This document shows positions 23,944 through 36,598 of a DNA stretch of 64,000 bases, in pieces; position 1 is the first letter of the stretch, and each line of letters starts with the position of its first letter. This DNA comes from Mobula hypostoma (lineage: Eukaryota). The position numbers and the translations under genes were made by a program. The notes beneath the pieces are model-generated. The model worked only from the letters and a program-made list of their open reading frames with translations, made no database searches and was not told where the DNA came from. The stretch is taken from contig NC_086097.1 of NCBI RefSeq assembly GCF_963921235.1, forward strand, positions 251,536,001 through 251,600,000. Direction: 5' to 3'.

Positions 23944-24320
23944 TGACTTTTTGACGGTGGTGTCTGAAAAGAGGATACTGTCTAAGTTGCAGGCCATCTT
24001 GGACAATGTCTCCCATCCACTACATAATGTACTGGGTGGGCACAGGAGTACATTCAGCCAGAGACTCATTCCACCGAGATGCAACACTGAGTGTCATAGG
24101 AAGTCATTCCTGCCTGTGGGCATCAAACTTTACAACTCCTCCCTTGGAGGGTCAGATACCCTGAGCCAATAGGCTGGTCCTGGACTTATTTCCTGGCATA
24201 ATTTACTTATTACTATTTAACTATTTATGGTTTTATTACTATTTAATTATTTATGGTGCAACTGTAACGAAAACCAATTTCCCCCGGGATCAATAAAGTA
24301 TGACTATGGCTATGACTATG
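23944..24320 (+). mobile_element. Rex/Babar 3' end, same family as 1-1121, with (TATGAC)n tail
   Basis: Closely matches the reverse complement of ~1-285; AATAAA then tatgac repeats. Confidence 0.85.
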
Positions 24321-25639
24321 ACCAACATCTCGTACAACTTCAATATAACATCCCATCTCCTGTGCTCAGTGCTTTGGTTTATGAAGGCCAATGTGCTAAA
24401 AGTTTTCTTTACATCACTATCTACCTGTGAAGCCACTTTCAAGGAAGTATAGATTTATATTCCCAGATCCCTCAGTCCTACCGCATTCATCAGTGCCCTA
24501 GTATTCACTCTGTGTGTCCTACCCTGGTTGGTCCTACTGAAGTTCAACACCTCACACTTGTCTGCATTAAGTTCCATCTGCTATTTTTCAGCCCATTTTT
24601 CCAGCTGGTCAAGATCCTGCTGCAAGCTCTGATAGTCTTCCTTGCTGTCCACTACATCCCCAATCTTGGTGTGATCCACAAATTTAACCACAGTATCATC
24701 CAGATCATTCATTTAGATGACAAACAACAACAGACCCGGCACTGATCCCTGCGGCACATCACTAATCACAAGCCTCCAGTCAGAGAGGCAAGTATCTAGA
24801 ACTTTTTCGCTTCTTCTGTGGAGCCATTGTTTATACAATTTACTATCTCATCTTGAACACTAAGCGACTGAACTTCTTTGGTCAGTCTCCTATACTGGAC
24901 CTTGTCAAAGGCCTTGCTAAAGTCCATGTAGACAATATCTACTGCCTTGCCCTCTTCAACTTTCCTAGTAACTTCCTCAAAAAACTATAAGATTTGTTAG
25001 ATACGACTTGCCACACACAAAGCCATGCTGACTATCCTTAATCAGTCCATGTCTATCCAAAAATTTATGTATCTGATCCCTTAGAATACCTTCCAGTAAC
25101 TTTCCCATGGCTAATGTCAGGCTCACCAGCCTATAATTTCCTGGCTTATTCTTAGAAACTAATTTAAACAACGGAACAATATAAGCTATCCTCCAATCTT
25201 CCAGCCCCTTACTTAATCGTAACACCACTGTTGATATTGGAATCATCAACCAGCTCCCACAACGACCCATGAAGGGGACAAGAGTAATCTACTATCAAAA
25301 AGCTGCAGACAGCTTGCAAGAAATTGGGGAACAAGGCCACTGGGCCCTGATGGAATTCCAGCAGAAATCCTCAAGGAAGGGTTTCAGGTTGTAGGAAAAC
25401 GTCACAGCAGTTCTCAGTCAGCACAGATTGGACACACACTCACCTGGTCTTACATCTCACGCACACTGCCTGCTGTCTCGATGTTTCAGTCTCCGCAATG
25501 CTTCAGTTGGTGACATCAGCGAGGAACTGGGTTGTCCACAAGCCACACCTGGAGATATCAAAATGCCAGGCCACACGGCGATTCTGAGAATGAGAACCTG
25601 CCGCCCATGGAGAACTGTAGTTTGTAGTTTCCACCCTAT

Positions 25640-28195
25640 CCACTCCTTTAAACATTCGGTGGGTTTCAGTGAGGTCCCTATGCATTCTTCAGAATTCCAG
25701 TGAGTACAGGCCCAAAGCTGCTCGTATGTTAACCTCTTCATTCCCGGAATCCTCCTTGTGAACCACCTCTGGACAACACATCCTTTCTGAGATGCGGGGC
25801 ACAAAACTGTTGACAGTACTCCAAGTGTGGCCTGACCAGTGTCTTATAAAGTCTCAGCATTATCTCTTGCTTTTTATTCTATTCCACTTCAAATGAATAC
25901 CAGCACTGCATTTGCCTTCTTTACTACAGACTCAGCCTGTAAATTAACCTTCTGGGAGTCTTGTACGAGGACTCCTAAGTCCCTCTGCACCTCTGATGTT
26001 TGAACCTTCTCCACATTTAGATAATAGTCTGCACTATTGTTCCTTTTACCAAAATGTATTATCATAATTTCCCAACACTGTATTCTATCTGCCACGTTTT
26101 TGCCCATTCTTCCAATTTGTCTAAGTCCTGCTGCAATCACATTGCTTCCTCAGCACTACCTACCCCTCCACTTACCTTTGTATCATCCGCAAACTTTGCC
26201 ACAATGCCATCAATTCCATTATCCAAATTATTGACAAACAATGTGAAAAGTTGCAGTCCCAATACTGACCACTAGTCACTGGCAGCCAACCAGAAAAGGC
26301 CTCTTTTATCCCCACTCGCTGCCTCCTGCATGTCAGCCATCCCTTTATCCATCCCAGTATCTTTCTTGTTGTGCCACCGGATTTTATCTTGTTAAGCAGC
26401 CTCATGTGCGGCATCTTATCAAATACCATCTGAAAATCCAAGTAAATGACATCCACTACCTCTCCTTTGTCCACCCTGCTTGTTACTTTCTTGAAGAACT
26501 CTAACAGATTTGTCAAGTGAGATTTCCCTTTACAGAAACAATGCTGACTTTGACTTATTTTAGCATTAGTCTCCAAGTGCCCTGAAACCTCATACTTAAT
26601 AATTGACTCCAACACTTTTCCAATTACTGAGGGTTAGGCTAACTAGCCTATAATTTCTTTTCTTTTGCCTTCCTCCCTTAATGAGTGGAGTGACATTTGC
26701 AATCTTCCGGTCCTCCAGGACCAAGCCAAGATCAAGTGATTCTTGAAAGATCATAACCTACGCATCTACTATCTCTTCAGCAACCTCTCTCAGGACTCTG
26801 GGATGTAGTCCATCTGGTCCAGGTGACTTATCCACTTTAAGACCTTTCAGTTTGCTTAGCATTTTTTCCTTTGAAATAGCAACGGCACTCACAGACCTCT
26901 GGCACACTGCTAGTGTCTTCCACAGTAAAAACAGATGCAAAGTACTTATTAAGTTCGTCTGCCATTTCTTTGTCCCCCATTACTACCCCACCAGCATCAT
27001 TTTCCAGTGATCTAATATCAATTCTCACCTCCCTTTTACTCTTTATATAACTGAAAAAAACTTTTGGCATCCCGCTTTATATTATTGGTTAGTTTGCCCT
27101 GATATTTCATCTTTTCCCTTATAGCTTTTTTAGTTGCCTTTTGTTGGATTTTAAAAGTTTCCCAATCATCCAACTTCCCAATCACTTTTGCTACATTATG
27201 TGTCCTTCCCTTGTTTTTCTTGCAGTCCTTAACTTCCTTTATCTGCCACAGTGGCCTATCCCTGCCATTTGGGAACTTTTTCCTCTGTGGGATATATCTA
27301 CTCCGTGACCTGTGAACTATTCTCAGAAATTTCAGCCATTTCTGCTCTGCATCACCCCTGCCAGTCTTGTCCCCCAGTCCACCTGGGCAAGCTCCTCTCT
27401 GATGCATCTATAATTCCCTTTGTTCCATTGCGATACTGATACATGTGACTTGTGCTTCACCTCTCCAATTACAGTATGAATTGAATCATATTACAATGAC
27501 TGCCTCCTCAGGGCTCCCTTACATTAAGCTCCCTAGTAAGATCTGGGTTATTACACAACACCCAATCTAAGATAGCCTTTTCCTGAGTAGGCTCAAGCAC
27601 AGGCTGCTCTAAAAAGCCATCTTGCAGGCATTCAACAAATTCCCTCTCTTGCGATCTGACACCAACCTGATTTTCCCAATCCCCTTGCATATTGAAGTTC
27701 CCCATTACAATTCTGTCATTACCTTTGTTACGTGCATTTTCCAGCTCCTTTTGCAATCTCAACCCCACATCTTGGCTACTATTTGGAGGCAATATATGAT
27801 TCCCATATTAGTTTTTTAACCCTTGCAGTTTCTTAACTCCACCCACAAAAATTCAGCATTCTCTGACCCTATGTCACCTCTTTCTAAAGGTGTAATTCCA
27901 TCTCTTACCAACAGAGCCACACCACCGCCTAAGCCTTCCTGCCTGTCCTTTCGATACAAAGTATATCCTTTGATGTTAAGCTCCTAAGCCTTCTTTCAGC
28001 CACGACTCAGTGATGCCCACAACGTCATACTGGCCAATCTCTAATGCGCCACAAGTTTGTCCACTTTACTCCGAATGCTACACGCATTTTAATGTAGCAC
28101 TTTCAGTCCTGCGTTCTTCGCCCTTTTGAATTTTACCTCTGTGGTACAATTAAACTCTTTGCTCTGTCTGCATTTGTACCCAATCATTGGCTTGT
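25640..28195 (-). mobile_element. CR1 LINE, degenerate ORF2 (endonuclease region to RT)
   Basis: Fragments IVMGNFNM, KSPGPDGLHPRVLRE, DVIYLDFQMVFDKMPH, QRDLGVLV. Confidence 0.88.
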
Positions 28196-28199
28196 CCTT

Positions 28200-28548
28200 C
28201 TCTGGACTCTGACCTCTTCCTTTCCTCTCTCCTTCCCTTCTTCCCATGATCCACTCTCCCTTCCTATTAGATTCCTTCTCCGGCCCTTTACCTTTTCCAG
28301 CTTCTTCATTCCCCCCTTCCCCACACACCTGGCTTCACCTGTCACCTTGTAGCTTGTGTTTCTTCCCCCTCCCCCCCCCCATCTTTTTATTCTGGTGTCT
28401 TTCTCTTTCCTTTCCAGTCCTGATGAAAAGTTTTGGCCCAAAATGCTGATTGATTATTTCCCCTCCACAGGTGCTGCCTGACCTGCTGAGTGCCTCCATT
28501 TTGTGTGTGTTGCTCTGGATTTCCAGCGTCTGCAGAATCTCTTGTCTT
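28200..28548 (+). mobile_element. Penelope-like terminal fragment; a shorter piece at ~28640-28720
   Basis: Reverse-complement similarity to 11075-11400; ccagtcctgatga...gctgcctgacctgctgag. Confidence 0.7.
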
Positions 28549-28803
28549 TAAGGGGTAGATAGTAGAGAGAGAGAAGCAGTGTTAAATGGTTAAATGCTTT
28601 TTTTAAAATCACATTTGTGGAATTTGCTTTCTAAAGAAAGTGGCCTGAAATGTCGACTGTTTATTCCTCTCCAATAGTGCTGCCTGAGCTGCTGAGTTCC
28701 TCCAGCAGTTTGAATGTGTTCCTCTACCTTCATCAGAACTTCAACCCCTACCTCTACCTTTGTCAGATAGTAGTTTGGAACTGCCCCCTGTTTTGTCTTG
28801 CAG

Positions 28804-28935
28804 GTAACAGAAGTGCACAGGATGTATTTGGTGTGCCTTGCATTAGGATATTTTACACAGTTCAGAAATTCTGCTTTGCTCTCTTCCCCACTTCTGAGTT
28901 TCATCGTTGGTTCACACCTGGCAAAGTACATTCAG
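28804..28935 (+). CDS. DPY19L4: DPY19L4 exon (132 nt): VTEVHRMYLVCLALGYFTQFRNSALLSSPLLSFIVGSHLAKYIQ
   Basis: ttgcag|GTA ... CAG|gtagga. Confidence 0.9.
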
Positions 28936-30845
28936 GTAGGAGAATCTTCATTTCGAAACTTCATCTGCATTTAACGTTGATCATTTGAGGCAGCGTGTTG
29001 TGCTCCACTTAAGTTGTTCAAATTAGTTAACCCAGTGTTACAAGTATTCCTCAACAATAATTATCATTCAGGCACAGAGACTATCTATTTACTAACAAGT
29101 ACCTTTATTGGATCAGTTTATAAAACACATGAATTTACACAACTAAATGCCTATGTGCTTACCTACTAGGTTTCCCTAACCCTCCATGAACAGTCAGAAG
29201 AGAAAAGGTAATGCCTGGAAAAGGGAGTCTATGCTGGCCAGTTATTCTTTCTGATGCCAATAGGATCTCCATGTTTCCAACATAGGGTCATCCACTTGTG
29301 CAGTGGTTGGTCTCCACAGAGTTGTCACTGTCTCTGCTCCCAAAATCATCTTTTTCCTATCAGCTCAATCTATGATGTTTCAGTTTTGTTGGCTCAAGGT
29401 TGTCTGACTGACGTATGTTGGCTTCTCACTGGATGTGGCCCAAGGCTACAAGCAGTATTGCTTTATAAACAGCCCTTCAGCCCTGTGACCGAGGTAACTT
29501 CTGTTATTTCCACTCAGACAGGTTCAAACCAGTTCACTGGGCCCAGACAACCAGGTCACAGGCTGTTATTTCTACCAGCCTGTCAATCCACATAATAAAC
29601 AGCTTCTATCTTAAAATGGTTTCAGGTTTAGCAGATCATCAGTAGAAACACCTAGTGTCCATGTTTAATTGCTCTGTTTAAACTATCCCTGAGCAAGAAA
29701 CACTTCACCAAATATTTCACAAAATGGCGGCTGCAGGGACAGTCTCAAAAAATGGCTGCCTCCATTACTGTGCCCAGATGCCATGAACGAAGACTTTAGC
29801 TTTGTCTGTTTCGACTGCCCTTCCCTCATTCCTGTTCACTGATTTTTAGATTGTAGTTCTTTCTGGCTAACACCAGTATACTGCAAAACGTAAACTCTGT
29901 TAATATTCATGGGGACCCACACCATCAGGTTCAGGAACAGTCATTACCCTTCGACCGTGAGGTTCCTGAACCGGTGTGGATAACTTCAAAAACCTCAATA
30001 CCGAACTGATTCCACAACCTGCACACTCGATTTCAAGGACTCTACAACTCACATTCTTCTTCTTATTTATTTATCTATTATTATTATCCTTCTCCTTTTT
30101 CTCATCCTCATTCTCCTGTCAGTCTATATTTGTGTATAGTTTTTCATTGATTCTATTGTATTTCTTGGTTCTACTGTGAAAACCTGCAAGAAAATGAAGA
30201 CATACTTCAATAAAATTTTCTTTGAACTTTGTAAGAGTCCTCTTACAATACAGGAAAACTACAGTGAAATGTCAGCTCAGCAGAAAAGGTGCATCGGCTG
30301 CAGTCTACCATCACTGCAGGACTTGCATGTGTCCAGGACAAAGGAGCGGGCAGGAAAAATCATTGTGGACACTACCCACTCTGCAAAATGCCTTTTATAA
30401 AAGCTCCCCTCTGGAAAGTGCAATAGGACTTCAAAAATTCACACTACTTTAAAAATTTCTTGCCCCGGGCAGTTAATCTGGTTAACCATTCTAGTTAGCC
30501 CTCCCCATCCCCTCTGTTGCCCTGTCACTGAACTGCTCTGTAAACACTTTAAACTACTTTTTATAATAGTTTACATTGTAAATACATGCTGGTATTTATG
30601 TATTTACTCATATTTCATTTCATGTCCATACTACAACTCTAACTTTATTTTTTATGATTGTTGAATATTGTTTTAGTTGCCAACACATTATAGCAAACTC
30701 CAAATACATGTAAATGTATATGGTGAATAAAGATGATCCTTGAGGACTGTAATCAAAATGATCCAATGATATTTGTGGTGGAATTAGTTTGAGATCTACA
30801 ATGATGTGCTGCTGATGTCAGTATAAATACTGATCCGTTGCCCTT

Positions 30846-31580
30846 TTAGATTAGATTAGATTCAACTTTATTGTCATTGTGCCGAGTACAGGTACAAAGC
30901 CAATGAAATGCAGTTAGCATCTAACCAGAAATGCAAAGAATAGTGTTATTTACAAAATAACTGCAAATAAAAAGTAAGTGCTACAGCACACAAATATAAA
31001 AGTACTGAGACAGTACAATACGGATGCAATACTGCTTAGCGCTGTGATGTGAGGTTCAGCAAGGTCACAGCCTCAGGGGAGAAGCTCTTCCTGTGCCTGC
31101 TGGTGCGGGAGTGGAGGCTCCTGTAGCACCTACCGGATGGGAGGAGAGTAAAAAGTCCATGGTTAGGGTGAGATGCATCCTTGATAATGCTTTTCACCCT
31201 GCCCAGGCAGCGTTTATGGTAGATGTTCTCAATGGTGGGCAATTGGGTGCCGATAATCCGCTGGGCAGTTTTCACCACACGCTGGAGTGCTTTGCGGTCC
31301 GATACATGACAATTGCCATACCACACTGAGATGCCAGTTGGTGAGTATACTCTCAATGGTACAGCGGTAAAAGTCCATCAGTATCCTGGGACAGAGTTGA
31401 GCTTTCTTGATGCTCCGCAGGAAATAAAGGCGCTGTTGCACCTTTTTGATCAGGATGGGGGAGTTCAAGGACCAGGTGAGATCCTCGGAAATGTGGACAC
31501 CAAGGAATTTGAAGCTTGATACACGCTCCACTACAGCTCCGTTGATGTAGATGGGTACGTGAGTGTGGCTCCTAGCATAG
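30846..31580 (-). mobile_element. Rex/Babar LINE 3' fragment with (TCTAA)n tail
   Basis: VERVSSFKFLGVHISEDLTWS...QRLYFLR...FYRCTIESILT. Confidence 0.85.
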
Positions 31581-31587
31581 CTCCTTA

Positions 31588-31957
31588 GACCGTAAAACCA
31601 TAGACATTGGAGCAGAATCAGGCCATTCAGCCTGTCGAGTCTGCTCCGCCATTCCATGATGGTTGATTTATTGTCCTTCTCAATCCCTTTCTCTTGTTTT
31701 CTCCCTGTAACCTTTGATGCCCTGACTAATCAGGAACCTATCAACCTCCACTTTAGATATACTCAATGACTTGGCCTCCACAGCCATCTGTAGCAATAAA
31801 TTCCACAGATTCATTATTTTCTTGTTAAAGAAATTCCTCTTCATCTGTGTTCTAAATGGACACCCCTCTATACTTAGGCTATGCCTTCTGGGTCCTAGAC
31901 TCTCCCTCTATAGAAAACATCCTCTCCATGTCCGCTCTATCTAGGTTTTTCAATATT
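31588..31957 (-). mobile_element. CR1 3' end
   Basis: Reverse complement of the 3' end seen at 13858-14200. Confidence 0.75.
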
Positions 31958-32003
31958 TGGTTCAAATTCATTATTTCAATTTCAATATTCTTTTTGTTCA
32001 CAG

Positions 32004-32105
32004 CAAAACTTGAAGAAAGGCCACTTTGCAGCAAGGCTGATGAAATTACTTCTCCATTTCTACTTGGTTTTCACTGTGTCAATTACTTTAAATCTCGTAA
32101 TAAAG
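32004..32105 (+). CDS. DPY19L4: DPY19L4 exon (102 nt): QNLKKGHFAARLMKLLLHFYLVFTVSITLNLVIK
   Basis: tcacag|CAA ... AAG|gtgcgt. Confidence 0.9.
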
Positions 32106-32684
32106 GTGCGTAACTTGCTTTGTATATCTTTGTTGCTGTTAATTTGTACTTCATTGTTACTTCTGAATAGCATGTCCAAAGTACAGCAAAGATTGTGTAT
32201 GTCAACTAATGCTTCCCTGATATTCATTTTCTTGCAGGCATAGAGTGCAGAAAGAGAGGAAGAAGAGAGAAGTAGTGTCAATGAGTTCAAAGACCATTCA
32301 GAATTGATATTAGAGGTCTCCCTGTCTTCCCAGGTCTCACTAAAAGAGCATTCTACTACTCTTCCTGGTTTTCCTCACTGCTTTAATTGTGCAATAAGAA
32401 AGAAGGTTATCCAAAAACTACTAACTGTCTCCATCTTTCCTCTTTGAGTCAAAGCCTCAAGCACTCCACTCTAACACTATCCTACTCCAACGATGGCTGC
32501 TCCCACAATTGCTGCTCTGCTTAAACTTAACGACTTTTTATTGGGTGTTACTCAATGCCTAATTACCCTGCATTCTATGGTGCGCAGAATGTCCCACAAT
32601 AAACAATCCAAGGGCTCCTCGCAATCCCAGGCACAATCTAATAAATAGTCAGATTTATTATCACTGATGTGAAAACCTGATCAA

Positions 32685-32990
32685 CGCATACAAAATGCTG
32701 GAGCAACTCAGCAGGTCAGGCAGCATCCATGGAGAGGAATAAACTGTTAACGTCTTTGGCCAAGATTCTTCATCAGCACTGGGAAGGTGGGGCGCAGAAG
32801 AGGGAAGGACTACAGGCTGGCAGGTGATATGAGACCAGTTGAGGAGGAAGGTGGGTGAGGGGGTGGATCTTTACCCAAAACTTTGATTGTTTATTCCGCT
32901 CAACAGATGCTGTGTGACCTGCTGAGTTCCTCTAGCATTTTGTTTATGTTGTTCTGGATTTCCAGCTTTCACAGAATCTGTTGTGTTTCT
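32685..32990. mobile_element. Penelope-derived fold-back element (inverted terminal segments)
   Basis: acaaaatgctggagcaactcagcaggtca ... tgacctgctgagttcctctagcattttgt. Confidence 0.65.
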
Positions 32991-33041
32991 CATTTCATAT
33001 GCTTCTGATTATAAAACTTAAGATCAGTTGCATATAGTATT

Positions 33042-33271
33042 ACAAACGAGAAAAACTGCGGGTGCTGGAAATCTGAGCAACACACACCAACGCTGGTGGA
33101 ATTTAGCAGGCCAGGCAGAATCCATGAGGAAAAAAAAAAGTACAGTTGATGTTTCGGGCTGAAACTCTTCGGCAGGACTGGACTGCCAAAGGGTTTCAGC
33201 CTGAAACATTGACTGTACTTTTTTCCATAGATGCTGCCTGGCCTGCTGAGTTCCTTCATCATTTTGTGTGT
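33042..33271. mobile_element. Penelope-derived palindromic element
   Basis: ~95-bp inverted arms; 15-bp TSD with 1 mismatch (33027-33041, 33272-33286). Confidence 0.75.
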
Positions 33272-33309
33272 GTTGCCTATAGTATTGGGTGACTTCCTAT
33301 TTAAAAAAT

Positions 33310-33900
33310 TAGAACGTAGAACAGTACAGTACAGTGATGTTGTGCGGACCTTTTTCATGCTCCAAGATCAGCCTAACCCTTCCCTCCCACATAGCCCTCC
33401 ATATATCTGTTATCCTTGTGTCTATTTAAGAGTTTCTTCAATGTCCCTAATGTATCTACTTTTACCAGCACCCTTGGCAGAACATTACATGTATCTAGCA
33501 CTCTTTTTTTTAAAAAAAAACTTGCCTTTGACATCCCCTGTATTTTCCTATGATCACCTTAAAATTATGCCCGCTTGTATTAGCTATTTCCATTCTGGGG
33601 GAGAAATCTCTGGCTCTTATCATCTTGTACATCTCTATCAAATCACCTTTCATCACCTTTCACTCCAAAGAGAAAAGCCCAAGCTCCCTCAACCTATCCT
33701 CAAAAGACATACTCTGTAATCCAGGCGGCATTCTGGTAAATCTCTGTACCCTCGCTAAAGCTTCCACATCCTTCCTATAATGAGGCAACCAGAACTGAAC
33801 ATATTATTTCAAGTGTGGTCTAACCAGGGTTTTATACAGCTGCAACATTGAACTCAATCCCCTGACTAATGATGGCCAACACTCCATCTTATCAACCTAA
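33310..33900 (-). mobile_element. CR1 3' fragment
   Basis: Similar to 62428-63120. Confidence 0.7.
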
Positions 33901-34669
33901 TCGACTTTCACGGCAACTATTTAAAAAATTCTGCTTGAAAATGGTTTGTTTCATCACTGGTCAGGAGGCCAAGCATAGGTTGACCAGAAAATTTAAGAGA
34001 CGTTTAACAGAAGTTTGCATAGGTACATGGATGGTAGGCGAACGAAGGGCTATGGTCCTGGTGCATATCGATGGGAGGAGGCAGGTTACATGATTTCGGC
34101 AAGGACTAGATGGGCTGAAGGGCCTGTTTCTGTGCTGTATTTCCCTATGCCTATAATTTTTTTTAAAAAATTATGCAAGAATAGCTTGTTAAGCTGAAAC
34201 ATAAAACATCAAGATTGTTTAATTTCATTTCCAGTACACAAGTGTAAAGCAGGACAAAATAATTGTTACTGTGGATCCAATGCAAAAAAACACTCAATAA
34301 AATAAAGAACATAATAATTTAAAAAACACAAGAAATACAAAATACGTAAGATAGCTCATGTGGATTGATTGTCCATAAAGTGACACTAGGCACAGGAGTG
34401 TCGGTACATAAGGTGACTGACAGATAATGATAAATTAGAGGCAGTGGGGGTTTGATGGGATGGATTAGTGGGTGAAGGTTTTATCAACATTATGTAAAAG
34501 AAAACTCCAGCTCTGTTGCGACAAAGCTATGTCCGTGGGTGCATTTCAGTTCCTGTGTGACTGTGAGAATAATGAATACTCTGCCACCTCCCGAGCTCTC
34601 ATTACTAGGACAGCGAGCCGTTTACTGTTTCCCTGTGCTGAACATTACATATACTTTGATTATATTTTA

Positions 34670-35545
34670 TTAAGACCATATGACATAGGAGCAAAATTAG
34701 GCTGTTTGGCCCATCAAGTCTGCTCTGCCATTCAATTATAGCTGATCCTTTTTTTCAAACCCTCCCTGACCTTCTCCCCGTAACCTTTGATGCCGTGTCC
34801 AATCAAGAAAATATCAAGCTCTGCCTCAAATACACCCCACAAACTGGCCTGCGGCAACAAATTCCACAAATTCACCTCCCTCTGGCTAAAGAAATTTCAC
34901 GGCATCTCTGTTCTAAATGGATACCCCTCTATCCTAAGGCTGTCCCCTCTTGTCCTAGACTCCCCAACCATGGGAAACATCGTTTCCACATCTACTCTTT
35001 CAAGGTCTTTCCACATTTGAAAGGGTTCAATACTCTCCCCTCATCCTTCTAAATTCTAGCAAGTATAGGCCCAGACCTATCAAACATTCCACATATGATA
35101 ACCCTTTCATTCCTGGAATTATCCTTGTGAGCCTCCTCTGAGCCCTGTTCAATGCCAGCACACCTTTCTTGAGATGAGGAGCCCAAAACTATTTACAATA
35201 TTCAAGGTGAGGCCTCAAAGCCTCAGCATCACATCCCTGCTCTTGTATTCTAGACCTCTTGAAATGAATGCTAACATGGCATTTGCCTTCCTCACCACTG
35301 ACTCAACCTGCAAGTTAAGCTTTAGGGTGTTCTGCACAAGGACTCCCAAGTCCCTTTGCATCTCAGATTTTTAGATTTTCTTCCCGTTTATAAAATAGTC
35401 TGCACACATATTTCTTTTACCAAAGTGCATGACCATGCACTTTCCAACATTGTATTTCATTTGCCACTTTCTTGCCCATTCTCCTAATCTGTCTAAGTCC
35501 TTCTGCAGCCTACCTGTTTCCTCTACACTGCCTGCCCCTCCACCA
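34670..35545 (-). mobile_element. CR1 3' fragment
   Basis: LQKDLDRLGEWARKWQMKYNVGKC; taagaccata-type tail. Confidence 0.82.
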
Positions 35546-35549
35546 ATCT

Positions 35550-35985
35550 CAATCAACCATTGAGTATATTTACAAGGAGTGCTGGCTCAGGATAGCAGCA
35601 TCCATCATCAGGGACCCCCACCACCCAGGCCATGCTCTCTTCTCGCTGATGCCGTCAGGAAGAAGGTACAGGAGCCTCAGGACTCAGGCCAGTTATTATC
35701 CCTCAACCATCAGGCTCTTGAACCAAAGGGGATAACTTCACTCACCTTCACTGGCCCCATCACTGAACTGTTCCCACAACCTATGAACTCACTTTCAAGG
35801 ACTCTTCATCTAATATTTATTGTTTGTTTATTATTATTATTTTGATTTTTATCTTTTTGCATTTGCACAGTTTGTTGTTTTACGCACATTGGTTTTTTGT
35901 CCATCTTTGTCGTGTGTGTTTTTCACCAATTCTGTTGTGTTTCTTTGTATCTAATGTAATAATCTATTTACTCCGAACTTTGAAT
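35550..35985 (+). mobile_element. Rex/Babar-related 3' fragment. Similar pieces at ~19410-19760, ~29910-30230, ~41970-42432 and ~56440-57125(-)
   Basis: AASIIRDPHHPGHALFSLMPSGRRYRSL motif recurring in the window. Confidence 0.7.
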
Positions 35986-36273
35986 GTGCACAGTCAAAAG
36001 CTCGTGCAAAAATTGAGGGCCTTCTGCATATAGGTGGCCCAGTCAATTCAGCGTGCAGTCACTAGGCCGCATGCACACTGCAGCACCTTCACAGTTATCC
36101 AGTACAGTTCAGTGAGGGTCTGTGATGTTGGATAGTGCCTTCCTGAGGCAGCTTCTGTATAGATGGTGGGAAGGCAGGATCTTTGTCAATCTTGGCTTGC
36201 TGGTGTTTCGGTTCAGATTTATGACTGCAGCCTTGGAATTAACAAGTTCTACTTGCTTTTTACATAATTCCAG

Positions 36274-36347
36274 AAAATGCTCCCTCAAGAAGAAAATGAA
36301 CACATATTAAAGTTTTTCGAGGCAAAATTTGACTTGAATACTACAAG
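36274..36347 (+). CDS. DPY19L4: DPY19L4 exon (74 nt): KMLPQEENEHILKFFEAKFDLNTT(R)
   Basis: ttccag|AAA ... ACAAG|gtaaca. Confidence 0.9.
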
Positions 36348-36404
36348 GTAACATTTGTTGGGAAGCTGGCAAGGAACAGCCTCTCCTTCCTGCTGACCGG
36401 CAGC

Positions 36405-36567
36405 ATGTGTGTGCGCGTGTGTGTCTGTCCCTAGACTGAAAAGGTCAGGGTGTTGGGGCCGGTTCAGTTAGCTGCTGTGTGTATGTCTGTCTGTCTGTCT
36501 GTCTCTGTCCCTAGATTGAAAAGGTCAGGGTGGATGGTGGGGCCAGTTCAGTTAGCTGGTGTGTGTG

Positions 36568-36598
<31 letters not shown>

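Larger units (their letters stand above)
23165..25210 (-). mobile_element. CR1 LINE fragment interrupted by a SINE and a Rex/Babar 3' end
   Basis: VRPNLEYCVQFWS and PGNYRLVSLT...QHGFVCGKS.LTNL on the minus strand. Confidence 0.8.
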
